IMG/VR virus record: IMGVR_UViG_3300023097_000005 | Coordinates: 1-51,803 of that record | DNA: 51,803 bases | Reading direction: 5' to 3' (one strand) | Origin: a virus | Shown: piece by piece, positions 27,563-36,287 of the stretch | Position numbering within the stretch: the stretch's first letter is position 1 | How the letters are laid out: each line of letters opens with the position of its first letter | The notes under the pieces: generated by a model | Told to the model about the DNA's origin: nothing | Databases searched by the model: none | The model's input: only the letters and a program-made list of their open reading frames with translations | Made by a program: the position numbers and the translations under genes

Positions 27563-28135
27563 TTATGCCTGTTCCACATCGATCACTTTCTGTTCCACAA
27601 CCGAGAAATCCCGGTCCCGAAGCACGTTGATCTGCACGTTTGTCGTGCCCTGAGCAGCCCAGCCCCCGGCCAGCGCCGCCACTTTCGTCACGCTAGACAC
27701 GTCAGATGCTATCATAAGCCCCTCTTGCGCATCCATTTCCGCTGCGTATTCAAGCGTCTTGGCCGAGTACTTCAGGGCGGCTGTCCGGGAGCGTTTACTC
27801 AGGTCGGCGTCTGTATTTGCGGCTATTTCAGCCCCATTGCGGACATTTGCGGACAGCGGCTTCTGGAGATGTGTGGACAGCTCTGGACGTTGCGGACAAA
27901 CTGCGGACACGCCTGCTCCGGTCAGAATAGCGACTCGCTGATCTTCCCAACCCTCGCGCTGCGCCCGTTTCATGACTCGTTCAACAAAGCGGTTCAGTTC
28001 ATCTGGTGGCAGATCGGCAGCGGCTGCTCGTGCTGCGCCGCGAATACCCAAGGTGACAGCTGCGGTGCGGATGCCTGGCCAGTCGATGGGCTGCGGTTGG
28101 TTGGTCATGTGGTGGGGCTGGAATAGGGTAAGCAT
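27563..28135 (-). CDS. Hypothetical protein (possible HTH/small-terminase-like; speculative)
   Basis: 190-aa ORF (alternative start Met 28108) with good coding character. It ends VVEQKVIDVEQA, which places two TGTTCCACA 9-mers at its 3-prime end. Confidence 0.55.
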   Translation of the reverse strand: MLTLFQPHHMTNQPQPIDWPGIRTAAVTLGIRGAARAAAADLPPDELNRFVERVMKRAQREGWEDQRVAILTGAGVSAVCPQRPELSTHLQKPLSANVRNGAEIAANTDADLSKRSRTAALKYSAKTLEYAAEMDAQEGLMIASDVSSVTKVAALAGGWAAQGTTNVQINVLRDRDFSVVEQKVIDVEQA

Positions 28136-28203
28136 GAGCGGGCTGGGCTTGGCAAGCTCTTTTGTGGTTGCGCCTGTTGGGTTGTGCGATTAGGTTTGTG
28201 CGA

Positions 28204-28380
28204 ATGACGACCGAGCCAGCACCCAAGATGACGAGAGCGGAGATTGCGCGTGCGGGTGGCTCGTCAACGTCACGAAAGAAGGCGATTGCGGCGCGTGAGA
28301 ATGGCAAAAAGGGTGGGCGTCCAAAGAAAGTCGATACGATTCTTTCTTGTACTGTACTTGATTCGCAGTCGATTGCATAA
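28204..28380 (+). CDS. Small basic protein (KGGRPKK motif)
   Basis: MTTEPAPKMTRAEIARAGG...AARENGKKGGRPKK. First gene of the rightward early block. Confidence 0.5.
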   Translation: MTTEPAPKMTRAEIARAGGSSTSRKKAIAARENGKKGGRPKKVDTILSCTVLDSQSIA

Positions 28381-28433
28381 ATAGTTGGGTTTTCTTGTTG
28401 ACGGTCGGTTGGGTTTCGCGTTTAGTGCTTCCC

Positions 28434-28640
28434 ATGAAAGCCAGCCGATACACCACCCGCCTGATCGCCTTTCGTAACACGCATCGCTTGGCGCTTCGCC
28501 AGATGGAATGTGTGCGCGACCTGATCCTGATGGATTCTGCACGATTCTCCGAGCTGCCCGCACTGGAAAAATCCATTGCTGAGCGCGCGGCTTACATTCA
28601 GCAAATTGAAGCGCAGATTGCGACCGCCAAGGCTGCCTAA
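28434..28640 (+). CDS. Hypothetical protein
   Basis: Start MKASRYTT. The ORF in the track begins at an upstream TTG. Confidence 0.45.
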   Translation: MKASRYTTRLIAFRNTHRLALRQMECVRDLILMDSARFSELPALEKSIAERAAYIQQIEAQIATAKAA

Positions 28641-28717
28641 CCCCACTCACCCGCCGAAGCAATCCCGCCGAGGCGAAAACCGGGGGTGCCACCCGACCAA
28701 AACGGCGCGTAAACAAA

Positions 28718-29119
28718 ATGAAAACAGCAACTCAACTCAAACTGACCGGAGCCACCAGCCGCCTTGAACGCAATGTGCAGCGGTGGGCCAATGAACGCGG
28801 TGAGGACTACGACAACGGCGCGGAAGGCGTGCTCAAAGACCTGATGTATGGCGGCTGCGCCTCTGGCATGGTCGGACGCCTGATCCACACCGCTGACTGT
28901 GTGCGGTTCTTCGCCACCCATCGCCGCGATATTAGCGACCTACTGGCCGAATACATCGACCAATGCGGAATCGGAGGGGGTGTTTCCGACATTTTCGGCG
29001 ACAAATGGGACAACACCGACCCGCTGGCGCAAGAGGACGAGAACCGCAATCTGCTGGCATGGTTCGGCTTCGAGGAAGCGGCCCGGCAATTAGCTCAGCG
29101 TAACGGCATTGAACTCTAA
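28718..29119 (+). CDS. Conserved phage/plasmid hypothetical protein (YGGC.SGMV ... LAWFGFEE motif family)
   Basis: 133 aa with motifs LMYGGCASGMVGRLIHTADCVRFF and NLLAWFGFEEAARQL. Confidence 0.55.
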   Translation: MKTATQLKLTGATSRLERNVQRWANERGEDYDNGAEGVLKDLMYGGCASGMVGRLIHTADCVRFFATHRRDISDLLAEYIDQCGIGGGVSDIFGDKWDNTDPLAQEDENRNLLAWFGFEEAARQLAQRNGIEL

Positions 29120-29123
29120 TCCC

Positions 29124-29315
29124 ATGAACACCGCCCCGCATATGACGGAAACTCTGGCCCGTTCTGCCGCCACCGACAAAGCCAATCGGCGCATGCGAAA
29201 GGCGGGTCGCACGGCTTGGGATGAATCGGACTATCGCTGCGCCGTGGCAGAATACTACCGGATCATGCCTGAGGAATGCGCCATGCCCCACTGTGTGAAC
29301 TCTCAACTCGTATGA
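29124..29315 (+). CDS. Hypothetical protein
   Basis: ORF with the start refined to ATG 29124, after the upstream stop. Confidence 0.4.
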   Translation: MNTAPHMTETLARSAATDKANRRMRKAGRTAWDESDYRCAVAEYYRIMPEECAMPHCVNSQLV

Positions 29316-29494
29316 TCGCCTCAGACGACCTCGACCTAACCGCCGCCGACGCGCGGGAATGCCGCCTTAATGCGCTGAGGATGGCGCAGGACGGGTTTGT
29401 GCGGCGCTGGGGTGCCCGTGGGCAGGCGATGTTCGCGGAGGTGTGTCCCAGCCTCGCCAACGAATTGCAGCAACTTGAAACTGCGGAGCTATAA
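29312..29494 (+). CDS. Hypothetical protein
   Basis: ATGA-coupled start (MIASDDLDL). Confidence 0.45.
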   Translation: MIASDDLDLTAADARECRLNALRMAQDGFVRRWGARGQAMFAEVCPSLANELQQLETAEL

Positions 29495-29502
29495 AAATTC
29501 AT

Positions 29503-29709
29503 ATGAACCTTATTCAACTTCAATTTCGCCGCGATTTCAAAAAGCTCTGCATGGAGCGTGCGCTGGAGCGCTGCGATTACGACAGGGCCAATATTTACAG
29601 CGCCCAGCTTGATTGGTTCGACCGCCAAATTGACAGTGCCCAGCTCCATCCCCTTTCCCCGGCAGAACCGGGCGGTGACCGCCACGTCACGCGGGGAATA
29701 AGCTTATGA
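29503..29709 (+). CDS. Hypothetical protein
   Basis: 68-aa ORF. Confidence 0.45.
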   Translation: MNLIQLQFRRDFKKLCMERALERCDYDRANIYSAQLDWFDRQIDSAQLHPLSPAEPGGDRHVTRGISL

Positions 29710-29930
29710 AGACTGCCAAAACCGTAACGCTTCCCGTCTGGAAACTTCGCCAGACCATCTACGGATTCAACATCTACCGGAACGGGCGCAAGATGGAGGG
29801 GCCGATTGAGGAGGAGTGGATCAAAGCGGGTAAGCCGATGGCCCCAGACACTAAATTCAGGGAATGGAAGCGAGGGTTTTGGGCGGGGAGAATGCAGAAG
29901 CGGTTTGCAGAAGCGAAAGGAGAAGCATGA
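29706..29930 (+). CDS. Hypothetical protein
   Basis: 74-aa ORF, ATGA-coupled. Confidence 0.5.
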   Translation: MKTAKTVTLPVWKLRQTIYGFNIYRNGRKMEGPIEEEWIKAGKPMAPDTKFREWKRGFWAGRMQKRFAEAKGEA

Positions 29931-30262
29931 CCCCCGCCGAAAAACAAGCCATCCGCGCACGGTTGGAGGCTAGACTTATCCATGATTGGGATGGTCCCTC
30001 AAGAAAAGACTTCATCGCCCACGCCCCGCAGGACATCGCGGCGCTGCTGGCCGAGGTGGAGCGGCTAGATAAGGAGCTTGGTTACGCGATCCGCTACGGC
30101 AAAGAGACAAAGTCCGACCGCGACACCCTGAAGACCGCGTTGCGGGAGTTGGTGGAGGCAATCCAGAAGCCATACGACCCTACCGACTATGAAGAAACGC
30201 AAGTCTACAAATGGGAACTTCAGACCGCCACCGAAACCGCCGCAAAGCTGACTGAAAGCTGA
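29927..30262 (+). CDS. Ead/Ea22-like coiled-coil protein
   Basis: MTPAEKQAIRARLEA...APQDIAALLAEVERLDKEL. Confidence 0.5.
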   Translation: MTPAEKQAIRARLEARLIHDWDGPSRKDFIAHAPQDIAALLAEVERLDKELGYAIRYGKETKSDRDTLKTALRELVEAIQKPYDPTDYEETQVYKWELQTATETAAKLTES

Positions 30263-30269
30263 GAGAATT

Positions 30270-30476
30270 ATGAAACATATGAACTTCAAAAGTCGCCTTC
30301 CTGCCGGGCGTTGGAAATGGCGGTTTGCTATCGAATGGAAATACCAAGACCTCTGGATTGGTGCATTCTGGAAGACTGACAAACTCGGCGGATTCGACTT
30401 ATGGATTTGTCTCATTCCGTGCGTCCCCCTCCATTGGTGGACGTATTGGTCGATAGATTTGGAGGAACAATTATGA
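30270..30476 (+). CDS. Hypothetical Trp-rich small protein
   Basis: 68-aa ORF. Confidence 0.4.
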   Translation: MKHMNFKSRLPAGRWKWRFAIEWKYQDLWIGAFWKTDKLGGFDLWICLIPCVPLHWWTYWSIDLEEQL

Positions 30477-30880
30477 CTCCCTCCGACCTCGACAAACTCA
30501 CTGACGACGAAAAGCGCGTGAAGATCGCCATTCTCTGCAGCTGGAAATGGGTTGAGAATCCAGTCAATAAAATCGGCGGTTACTGGGAGCGCGGAACCCT
30601 TGGTGTGGATGGTTACGAACGAGGCGACTGGGGAAGTCGAGAGCTTGGCGTCGGACTACCCGACTACCTCTCCGACCTCAACGCCATGAACCTTGCCGAG
30701 CATACGCTGGATTGCTCTCAGCGTGAAAAATACGCGGAAACATTATACCGATTCATTCCTGCGGGGGAATGTACCATCTCGGCGAGTTATGAAGGGGTGT
30801 ATGATTTTGAGGGATATTTCGGACTCCTTCACGCCACCGCCGCCCAACGCGCCGAGGCATTTTTGAGGGCTGTTTTATGA
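30473..30880 (+). CDS. Phage ABA-sandwich/DUF2591-like protein
   Basis: ATGA-coupled start. Motif LPDYLSDLNAMNLAEHTL. Confidence 0.5.
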   Translation: MTPSDLDKLTDDEKRVKIAILCSWKWVENPVNKIGGYWERGTLGVDGYERGDWGSRELGVGLPDYLSDLNAMNLAEHTLDCSQREKYAETLYRFIPAGECTISASYEGVYDFEGYFGLLHATAAQRAEAFLRAVL

Positions 30881-31536
30881 AACACAACGATGTCTGCCCG
30901 ATTTGCGGAACCTACTCGCTATTTAACCGCATCTGCCAAACTCACTCTGAGTTCAACATTACCCCACAATCCCCAACCCCCACACCACCCGAGCCGTTCG
31001 ACATGGAGCAGTTTCTGGACAGCCCCACATGCCAGCGGTGCCATTGCACTATCGGCCTGAATGATGGATGCGAATGGCCCGACGACCATCGGTTGCTTCT
31101 CTGCGGTTCGTGCGTCTATAAATTCGCGGAGGAGTTACTGCCGCGCTCTGCACCCGAGCCGGTCTGCGAGGCGGCGAGGAAAGCCCGTGTTCGCTTACAG
31201 CTCCGTGCAACAGCTATCACCGCCGCCACAGCAGCCAAGGACGCGGAGATTGCGGAGCTTAAACGCCGACTCAACGAGGCTAATGCGCAGATGCGCGACT
31301 TTGACCGACTGAAGGCCAGCCTTATTAACCGAGACGCCAAACTCGCCACGCTCGAAGCCGAGACGGCGCGGTTGCGGGAGCGCGACTTGGAAATGACCGC
31401 CATGCTCGCAAAGATCAAACGAGATTACAGCCACGCTTGGCCGGGCGAAGACAAGGTTACGCGCGAGTATCGAATCGGAACAGCCAATGATATTGCTGCG
31501 CTACTTGATCCAGCAACCGGAGGGAATGCGGAATGA
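30877..31536 (+). CDS. Zn-ribbon plus coiled-coil protein
   Basis: CPICG...CQRCHC...CGSC followed by a long coiled coil. Confidence 0.55.
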   Translation: MKHNDVCPICGTYSLFNRICQTHSEFNITPQSPTPTPPEPFDMEQFLDSPTCQRCHCTIGLNDGCEWPDDHRLLLCGSCVYKFAEELLPRSAPEPVCEAARKARVRLQLRATAITAATAAKDAEIAELKRRLNEANAQMRDFDRLKASLINRDAKLATLEAETARLRERDLEMTAMLAKIKRDYSHAWPGEDKVTREYRIGTANDIAALLDPATGGNAE

Positions 31537-31791
31537 GCACTAGCATCACCTTTTACAAACCGAAGCGCAGATGCCATTCAGGATGCCACAATGGTAAATC
31601 CAAAGATAAGCGCGGCGGCGGCTTCGGACACCATCAATCATCGCGTAGAAAAAGCCGAAGGTTTGTCGGTCGCATCCTTCGCCAGTGTTCCCCTATCGAC
31701 AAAGACATGCCACTTTCGAGCGAGTGGCTGGATTGATATTTATAACCCCATCAATCACCGAACTGGAAGCAATACTGAGGGCGAATGAATT

Positions 31792-32037
31792 ATGAAACGA
31801 GTGCCTTCCCAAAAGCCGAACACCATATTGTTTGTGCGAGCACGCAGCGCCAGAGAGCCGAATCCTGACTGGTGGGTTTCATGGGGAGACGGAACGTATA
31901 ATTGTGACGCCAATCTTGTCCTCAGTGAACTAAGGAAACTTTCAGATGAACTTGTCAGGCGCGAATATGATCCGGAGTCCATTCGCTTCACAGCAAAGAA
32001 AGACCTCGGCGCGAAGCTGCGAAAGGAGCTTTTATGA
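31792..32037 (+). CDS. Hypothetical protein
   Basis: 81-aa ORF. Confidence 0.5.
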   Translation: MKRVPSQKPNTILFVRARSAREPNPDWWVSWGDGTYNCDANLVLSELRKLSDELVRREYDPESIRFTAKKDLGAKLRKELL

Positions 32038-32240
32038 CCGAGAACCAAGCACCTCTGCCAGCGCCAGATCAACGCGGCTGGTGGTGGTATCGTCAAGAGA
32101 ATGGAGACAACTGGTCTCCGGTATGGGTGGGGGCTGGGATCAATGGATTGTTCTGCAACCAAACTTTGATGAATTGCTACCAGGGCTCGCATAGTTTCAG
32201 CGGCCAATGGATCGGCCCCATCACCCCTCCAACCCCATGA
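32034..32240 (+). CDS. Hypothetical Trp-rich protein
   Basis: 68-aa ORF, ATGA-coupled. Confidence 0.5.
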   Translation: MTENQAPLPAPDQRGWWWYRQENGDNWSPVWVGAGINGLFCNQTLMNCYQGSHSFSGQWIGPITPPTP

Positions 32241-32383
32241 CATCCGCCGCCCTGCTCGCCCACGCCAACTGGCTGCATCTGGCCCAACTGCTCGCCACGC
32301 GTGGGCAAGGCTCCGCCCGGCAGTTTGACGCGCAGGGCCGGATTCTCGTCGCGCTGGCCTATCCGCTGTCGTGCGGTGGGTAG
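32237..32383 (+). CDS. Small hypothetical protein (48 aa, below the ORF-track cutoff)
   Basis: ATGA-coupled start, GC3-rich codons, MTSAALLAHANWLHLAQLL. Confidence 0.35.
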   Translation: MTSAALLAHANWLHLAQLLATRGQGSARQFDAQGRILVALAYPLSCGG

Positions 32384-32453
32384 GGGATCAAAACGCGCTA
32401 CAGGGCGGTTTCTGGCGAATTGCGGCTATCCCTGGAGCCACGCCAGCAGCCGC

Positions 32454-32666
32454 TCATTCGGGGGCTGTATCGAAATAAATGCTCTCCGCTCGATTGGCGG
32501 CGCGTCCAATCGCGATGCGTTCGCCTTTGGTTAGGCTATCTGGTTTGAACATTCCGCGTGATGGCCCTTTGGTTCCTCCGTACCATTTTCTGCGCCACCA
32601 TTTTCCGTTAATAGTGCCCTCGGAAGTAACAGGATCACACTTCTCTACGATCACATCATATTTCAC
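32454..32666 (-). CDS. Small hypothetical protein (GTG start)
   Basis: AAGGGGG lies 5 nt upstream of the GTG. VKYDVIVEKCDPVTSEGTINGKWW... The longer track ORF N-terminus looks non-coding. Confidence 0.35.
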   Translation of the reverse strand: MKYDVIVEKCDPVTSEGTINGKWWRRKWYGGTKGPSRGMFKPDSLTKGERIAIGRAANRAESIYFDTAPE

Positions 32667-32706
32667 TTCGCCCCCTTTCGTTTCTGCTTCTGGCCGTGGG
32701 TGGTTT

Positions 32707-32949
32707 TCATATGGTCTTGGTAAAGTTGCGCGCCAGTCCGTGGATGAACTGCTCAGTGCATTCGGCTTGCGGGACGTAGCCGAGTTGCTTGCCCTCGCGC
32801 AACAGTGTGGCGCAGCGCACGACCTGCACGCAGGGTTCGATCTTAAGCAGGCCCAGTTCGCGGGCATCGTCAATCGCCAAACAAATCTCGGCCAGGTTCA
32901 CTGCTCGCCGCCATTCGCTCGGGGTCTTGGGTTGTTTTGAGTTTTTCAT
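32707..32949 (-). CDS. Hypothetical protein
   Basis: Start MKNSKQPKTPSEW. It overlaps the 3-prime end of 32870..33220 by 80 nt in another frame. Confidence 0.45.
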   Translation of the reverse strand: MKNSKQPKTPSEWRRAVNLAEICLAIDDARELGLLKIEPCVQVVRCATLLREGKQLGYVPQAECTEQFIHGLARNFTKTI

Positions 32950-33220
32950 AAAGTTCGTTGATGCGGTCGATGTTGAGTTTCCTCCGCTCATCCTCATGCT
33001 CATTCAGCGGTCCTGTGAGCCGGTGGTGCTCCCACCAAGCCCGAGCAGCCTCCTCGCTCTCAAACGCATCGCTAGAGCCTCCTGCGAGCAAAGAACAGCG
33101 GCTGCCGATGACCCTAAAGCGCAACCCTCTGCGCCCCTGCGACACGCTTGGGCTACGCAGGATCGGACCGTCTTCGTGCAGGGGATGTGAGCATAAAGGA
33201 CAGGCAGAGAGCGCGGTCAT
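32870..33220 (-). CDS. Zn-ribbon hypothetical protein
   Basis: Start MTALSACPLCSHPLHEDG, ATGA-coupled. Confidence 0.45.
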   Translation of the reverse strand: MTALSACPLCSHPLHEDGPILRSPSVSQGRRGLRFRVIGSRCSLLAGGSSDAFESEEAARAWWEHHRLTGPLNEHEDERRKLNIDRINELYEKLKTTQDPERMAASSEPGRDLFGD

Positions 33221-33369
33221 GCAGGCTTCACTTCTTCTAGGCACACGGTGTGGACATCGCCATAGTCCTCATCATCAATCCATGCAGATGGTGCGTCGGG
33301 GCCGTAGAGCGGCTTTCCGCAAAGACAGCATGTAGGTTTTTCGGGATTGTCGGTTGGTTCGTAGTTCAT
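33217..33369 (-). CDS. Small Cys protein (50 aa)
   Basis: MNYEPTDNPEKPTCCLCGKPLYG..., ATGA-coupled at both ends. Confidence 0.4.
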   Translation of the reverse strand: MNYEPTDNPEKPTCCLCGKPLYGPDAPSAWIDDEDYGDVHTVCLEEVKPA

Positions 33370-33485
33370 TGTTGGTTTTGCTTTCTAAATTCAGCGGCTT
33401 GCTCCAGCGCCTTCTGCCGGATGCGCTCCGCTTCCGCCTCATCCACGACCGGCAGCTTGACCACGTTCTGCGGCCATTCGGTCAT
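33366..33485 (-). CDS. Small hypothetical protein (39 aa)
   Basis: MTEWPQNVVKLPVVDEAEAERIRQKALEQ, ATGA-coupled at both ends. Confidence 0.35.
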   Translation of the reverse strand: MTEWPQNVVKLPVVDEAEAERIRQKALEQAAEFRKQNQQ

Positions 33486-34147
33486 AGGTTGAAGTCTGGT
33501 GCATCCACATCCACGACAACTGAGTCGTTGCGGAGAAGTCTGGAGGCGATGCGCACATCCATTGATTTTCCTACCTCCTCCAGCGTCAGATTGGCGGTGA
33601 TAACGGTAAAGCGGTTCTGGCGGGCGCTCAGGATGTCATAGAGCTTGGACGAGGAAAGCTCGCGGTTGCGCCCATAATCGGCCCCAATGTCATCGAGGCA
33701 CAGAAACCAGTCCTCTTTCATGTCGCGAATGCCTGAATAATCGCCGTCCAAGCAATCCTGCATTACGCCAGACCACGCCTTAAATCCACCCCTGCGGATG
33801 CGGCGAACCTTGTTCGGAACGCTAAGGTTCTCGTCCTCCAGGCCGTCCAGATGGCGCGAAAAGAACCGGCTGACGATCCGGGCCAGCATCGTTTTCCCAA
33901 CGCCCGATTTACCGAGCAAGGTCAGCCACCGCGCCGGAGTGTGAGGGCTGGCCATCGCTACGCAAATCCGCGCAGCCTCCTCACGTGCTTGCAGGAGGGC
34001 CGGATTCTCCCGCGTCTGGAAGGGTTGAAAATATGCTGCTATCTCCGCTACCGTTACTCGGGAGGCTTTTCGGAGTGCGTTTTGAGTAGTCGGCGTTTGC
34101 GTTATGCCCGACATTGCGTGGATTACTTGGCTGCTGATGGTGTCCAT
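33482..34147 (-). CDS. DnaC/IstB-like AAA+ helicase loader
   Basis: Walker A GKSGVGKT, Walker B WFLCLDDIG, sensor VITANL. Start uncertain: the ORF is open to 34327 and overlaps the upstream gene out of frame. Confidence 0.8.
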   Translation of the reverse strand: MDTISSQVIHAMSGITQTPTTQNALRKASRVTVAEIAAYFQPFQTRENPALLQAREEAARICVAMASPHTPARWLTLLGKSGVGKTMLARIVSRFFSRHLDGLEDENLSVPNKVRRIRRGGFKAWSGVMQDCLDGDYSGIRDMKEDWFLCLDDIGADYGRNRELSSSKLYDILSARQNRFTVITANLTLEEVGKSMDVRIASRLLRNDSVVVDVDAPDFNL

Positions 34148-34772
34148 TGGTCGATATGGTTCGGTTGGTGTCGAGGGCTCGAATGAGCCAGTTGGTGAAA
34201 AACTTACGGGTGCATTGGCGGCGATTGGTTCCGCACCATGCCTGCGCCTTGCCAAGTTCGGTTTTGATGTTGAGTCCTTTGTAGCAGTCCATTTTCTCGA
34301 CTCCCTCAATCCACACATCATCAGCAATTATCCTCCCTCCCTCTGCACTCCCTCCCTCCCTCACCTTTACCTGTCCTTTACCTATGGGGCTTAGAAGCCC
34401 CTTGAATGGGGCTACGAAAAGAAGGAAATCGTCATTTTCCTTAAACCTTTCTTCCTGTTCTGAGATTAAGGCAATGATCTGCTTATGGGCAGGATTCTCC
34501 GGATTCAGGTTTTCGTTCTTTTGATGGCGCAGGAAGCGCCGAACCCAAACCCAACCAGAAGCCGCAATCAAGCCCCTTTCAAGCCCCTTCCATGCCCCTT
34601 GGACAAGTTCAATTTTCAGCTTTGTTTGATAGCTCATCATGTCCTCGTCAATCTCCCAAAAACCGGCATTATTGCATCGGTCGATGACGTACAGGAAAAC
34701 TAGTTTTTGAACTCCGGTCAGCCCGCGAAACCACGGATCATCCCACTTCCCCGTTTCGGTAAAACGCTTCAT
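33981..34772 (-). CDS. Replisome-organiser / replication-initiator-like protein
   Basis: N-terminus KWDDPWFRGLTGVQKLVFLYVIDRCNNAGFWEI. The FFTNWLIRA motif sits near its likely true C-terminus, and the last ~60 aa look like run-on sequence. Confidence 0.5.
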   Translation of the reverse strand: MKRFTETGKWDDPWFRGLTGVQKLVFLYVIDRCNNAGFWEIDEDMMSYQTKLKIELVQGAWKGLERGLIAASGWVWVRRFLRHQKNENLNPENPAHKQIIALISEQEERFKENDDFLLFVAPFKGLLSPIGKGQVKVREGGSAEGGRIIADDVWIEGVEKMDCYKGLNIKTELGKAQAWCGTNRRQCTRKFFTNWLIRALDTNRTISTNGHHQQPSNPRNVGHNANADYSKRTPKSLPSNGSGDSSIFSTLPDAGESGPPAST

Positions 34773-34934
34773 TCACCAAAACAACTCAGTCCAGCCCCCG
34801 CGAGAAAGGTGAAGCACGCCAAGCATGAGGCGGTACGCAGGGACTGGACTGAATGGATTTGATGATACATGCTTATTTCCGGCTTCACTCGGAACGGTTC
34901 ACGTTGGAATAGGAGCAGCCACAGGTCAACGGAA

Positions 34935-35411
34935 TTATTTGGGAATTTTAAAGAAGGTCACCCAGTGGGTTTTGGACTGCCGTCCCGTCACATGACCAAA
35001 TAGGGGCTTGTCGGGAGCCAATTCCAGCACCGTCGCCAGAGGCACATCGGTCTCATTCCACTTGAAAATCAGCGTTCCATTGGGCTTCAGGACTCGCCAG
35101 CACTCAGAGAATCCCTCGCGAATCTCATCCTGCCATTCCCCAAGTAGGCGACCGTATTTCTTCGCCAGCCAACTATTTTCGCCAAGCGATGTCATGTGCG
35201 GAGGGTCAAAAACAATCAGGTGAAAGGATTCGTCCGAAAATGGAAGCTGGGTAAAATCAGCAATCACATCGGGCGAAACCTCCAGAACTCGGCCGTCGCA
35301 CAAATTCTCTTTCACTTCTCGTTTATCCGAAAAGACGACAAGTGGGTTTTTACGATCAAACCAGAACATACGACTTCCGCAGCAGGGATCGAGAATGGGT
35401 TTATCGCTCAC
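34935..35411 (-). CDS. DNA methyltransferase (N6-adenine or N4-cytosine type)
   Basis: Motif I LDPCCGS, motif IV FDPPH, 158 aa, GTG start coupled (GTGA) to the upstream stop. Confidence 0.6.
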   Translation of the reverse strand: MSDKPILDPCCGSRMFWFDRKNPLVVFSDKREVKENLCDGRVLEVSPDVIADFTQLPFSDESFHLIVFDPPHMTSLGENSWLAKKYGRLLGEWQDEIREGFSECWRVLKPNGTLIFKWNETDVPLATVLELAPDKPLFGHVTGRQSKTHWVTFFKIPK

Positions 35412-35584
35412 CTCGCCTCCCTCCGCACCTGCTCGCGCAGCAGCCGATCCTTCTCGTCCTGAATGCGGTCGCGGGCGTATTGCTCGATTTGCTGCGCAGC
35501 GATGCGTCGCCAGCTCTTCCCTAGAGCTATCTCAATGTTGTCCAGCAGCCGCTCCATGACCCGTTCGTGTTCGCGGAAGCTCAT
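35408..35584 (-). CDS. Small helical protein (58 aa)
   Basis: MSFREHERVMERLLDNIEIALGKSWRR..., ATGA/GTGA-coupled. Confidence 0.4.
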   Translation of the reverse strand: MSFREHERVMERLLDNIEIALGKSWRRIAAQQIEQYARDRIQDEKDRLLREQVRREAR

Positions 35585-35805
35585 AGGGGTTTGGCTTTCT
35601 TGTTCCTCTGCCTGCGATGGTAAGCCGCGTCAAAGACCTGCTCCCTGCGAATCCCTGTCCGGTGGCAATGATGGCAGTCCAAGACGACCATGCGAACACC
35701 TTCCTTGAAGTTCATGTCAGCAATGGGGATGCGACGCACGCCAAGGCCATTGCAGGCTCCGCAAGTGGCTATAGCGTGGCGCGTGTTGGCGAGGGTGATG
35801 GTCAT
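35581..35805 (-). CDS. Small Zn-binding protein
   Basis: CGACNGLG...CHHCHRTG. Confidence 0.5.
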   Translation of the reverse strand: MTITLANTRHAIATCGACNGLGVRRIPIADMNFKEGVRMVVLDCHHCHRTGIRREQVFDAAYHRRQRNKKAKPL

Positions 35806-36269
35806 GGCTTGAACCGATTTCGGATATGCTCCACCAAATGCGCCACGGGAGCGCAGTCATTCGCCATCACATGCGGCAGCGCCAGTTCGCTTTTCTCCAC
35901 GTCTTGCGGATCAACGCCCGGTCCGCTCATTGTAGCCGTGGACGGTTTCTCGCCTTCGTCGGTGAACTCGAACTGCCCGTGATCGAACTGCGCAACCACC
36001 ACGCGGATATTAGAGGAGCGGATGTGGCATCCAACCATGACCCGCGCCCAGATGGGTTTGAAGGTCAGTAGGGTTTCGCCGTTTTCCACGTCGCGGAACT
36101 CCTTGGGAAAGACCGCCGTGATGCGGCGACCATCGACGATCTGCGGCTTGCTCAGGAACAGCGGGATGCGCTTGGCGATTTCCTCGCGCAACTTCGACTT
36201 CTGTTTCTCGCCATGCCTGCGCTGGCGGAATCCCTGAGTGATTTCGTCGTGAGAGAAGCTGATTTTCAT
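35802..36269 (-). CDS. Hypothetical protein
   Basis: 155-aa ORF, ATGA-coupled. Confidence 0.5.
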   Translation of the reverse strand: MKISFSHDEITQGFRQRRHGEKQKSKLREEIAKRIPLFLSKPQIVDGRRITAVFPKEFRDVENGETLLTFKPIWARVMVGCHIRSSNIRVVVAQFDHGQFEFTDEGEKPSTATMSGPGVDPQDVEKSELALPHVMANDCAPVAHLVEHIRNRFKP

Positions 36270-36287
36270 GGGGTTTGGTTGGTTTAG

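Noticed and set aside
27089-28126. 345-aa plus-strand ORF.
   Set aside because: Its 3-prime two-thirds run antisense through the well-behaved minus-strand gene 27563..28135. Only the first ~40 acidic codons look coding, and these are kept as an observation in the findings rather than a gene call.
31533-31788. Two overlapping plus-strand ORFs: 31533..31736 (basic, Cys/His-rich, ATGA-coupled) and 31591..31788 (ends 3 nt before the next gene).
   Set aside because: I could not decide which is real from codon bias (GC3 about 57% vs 51% by hand count) or context. Neither is listed as a feature.
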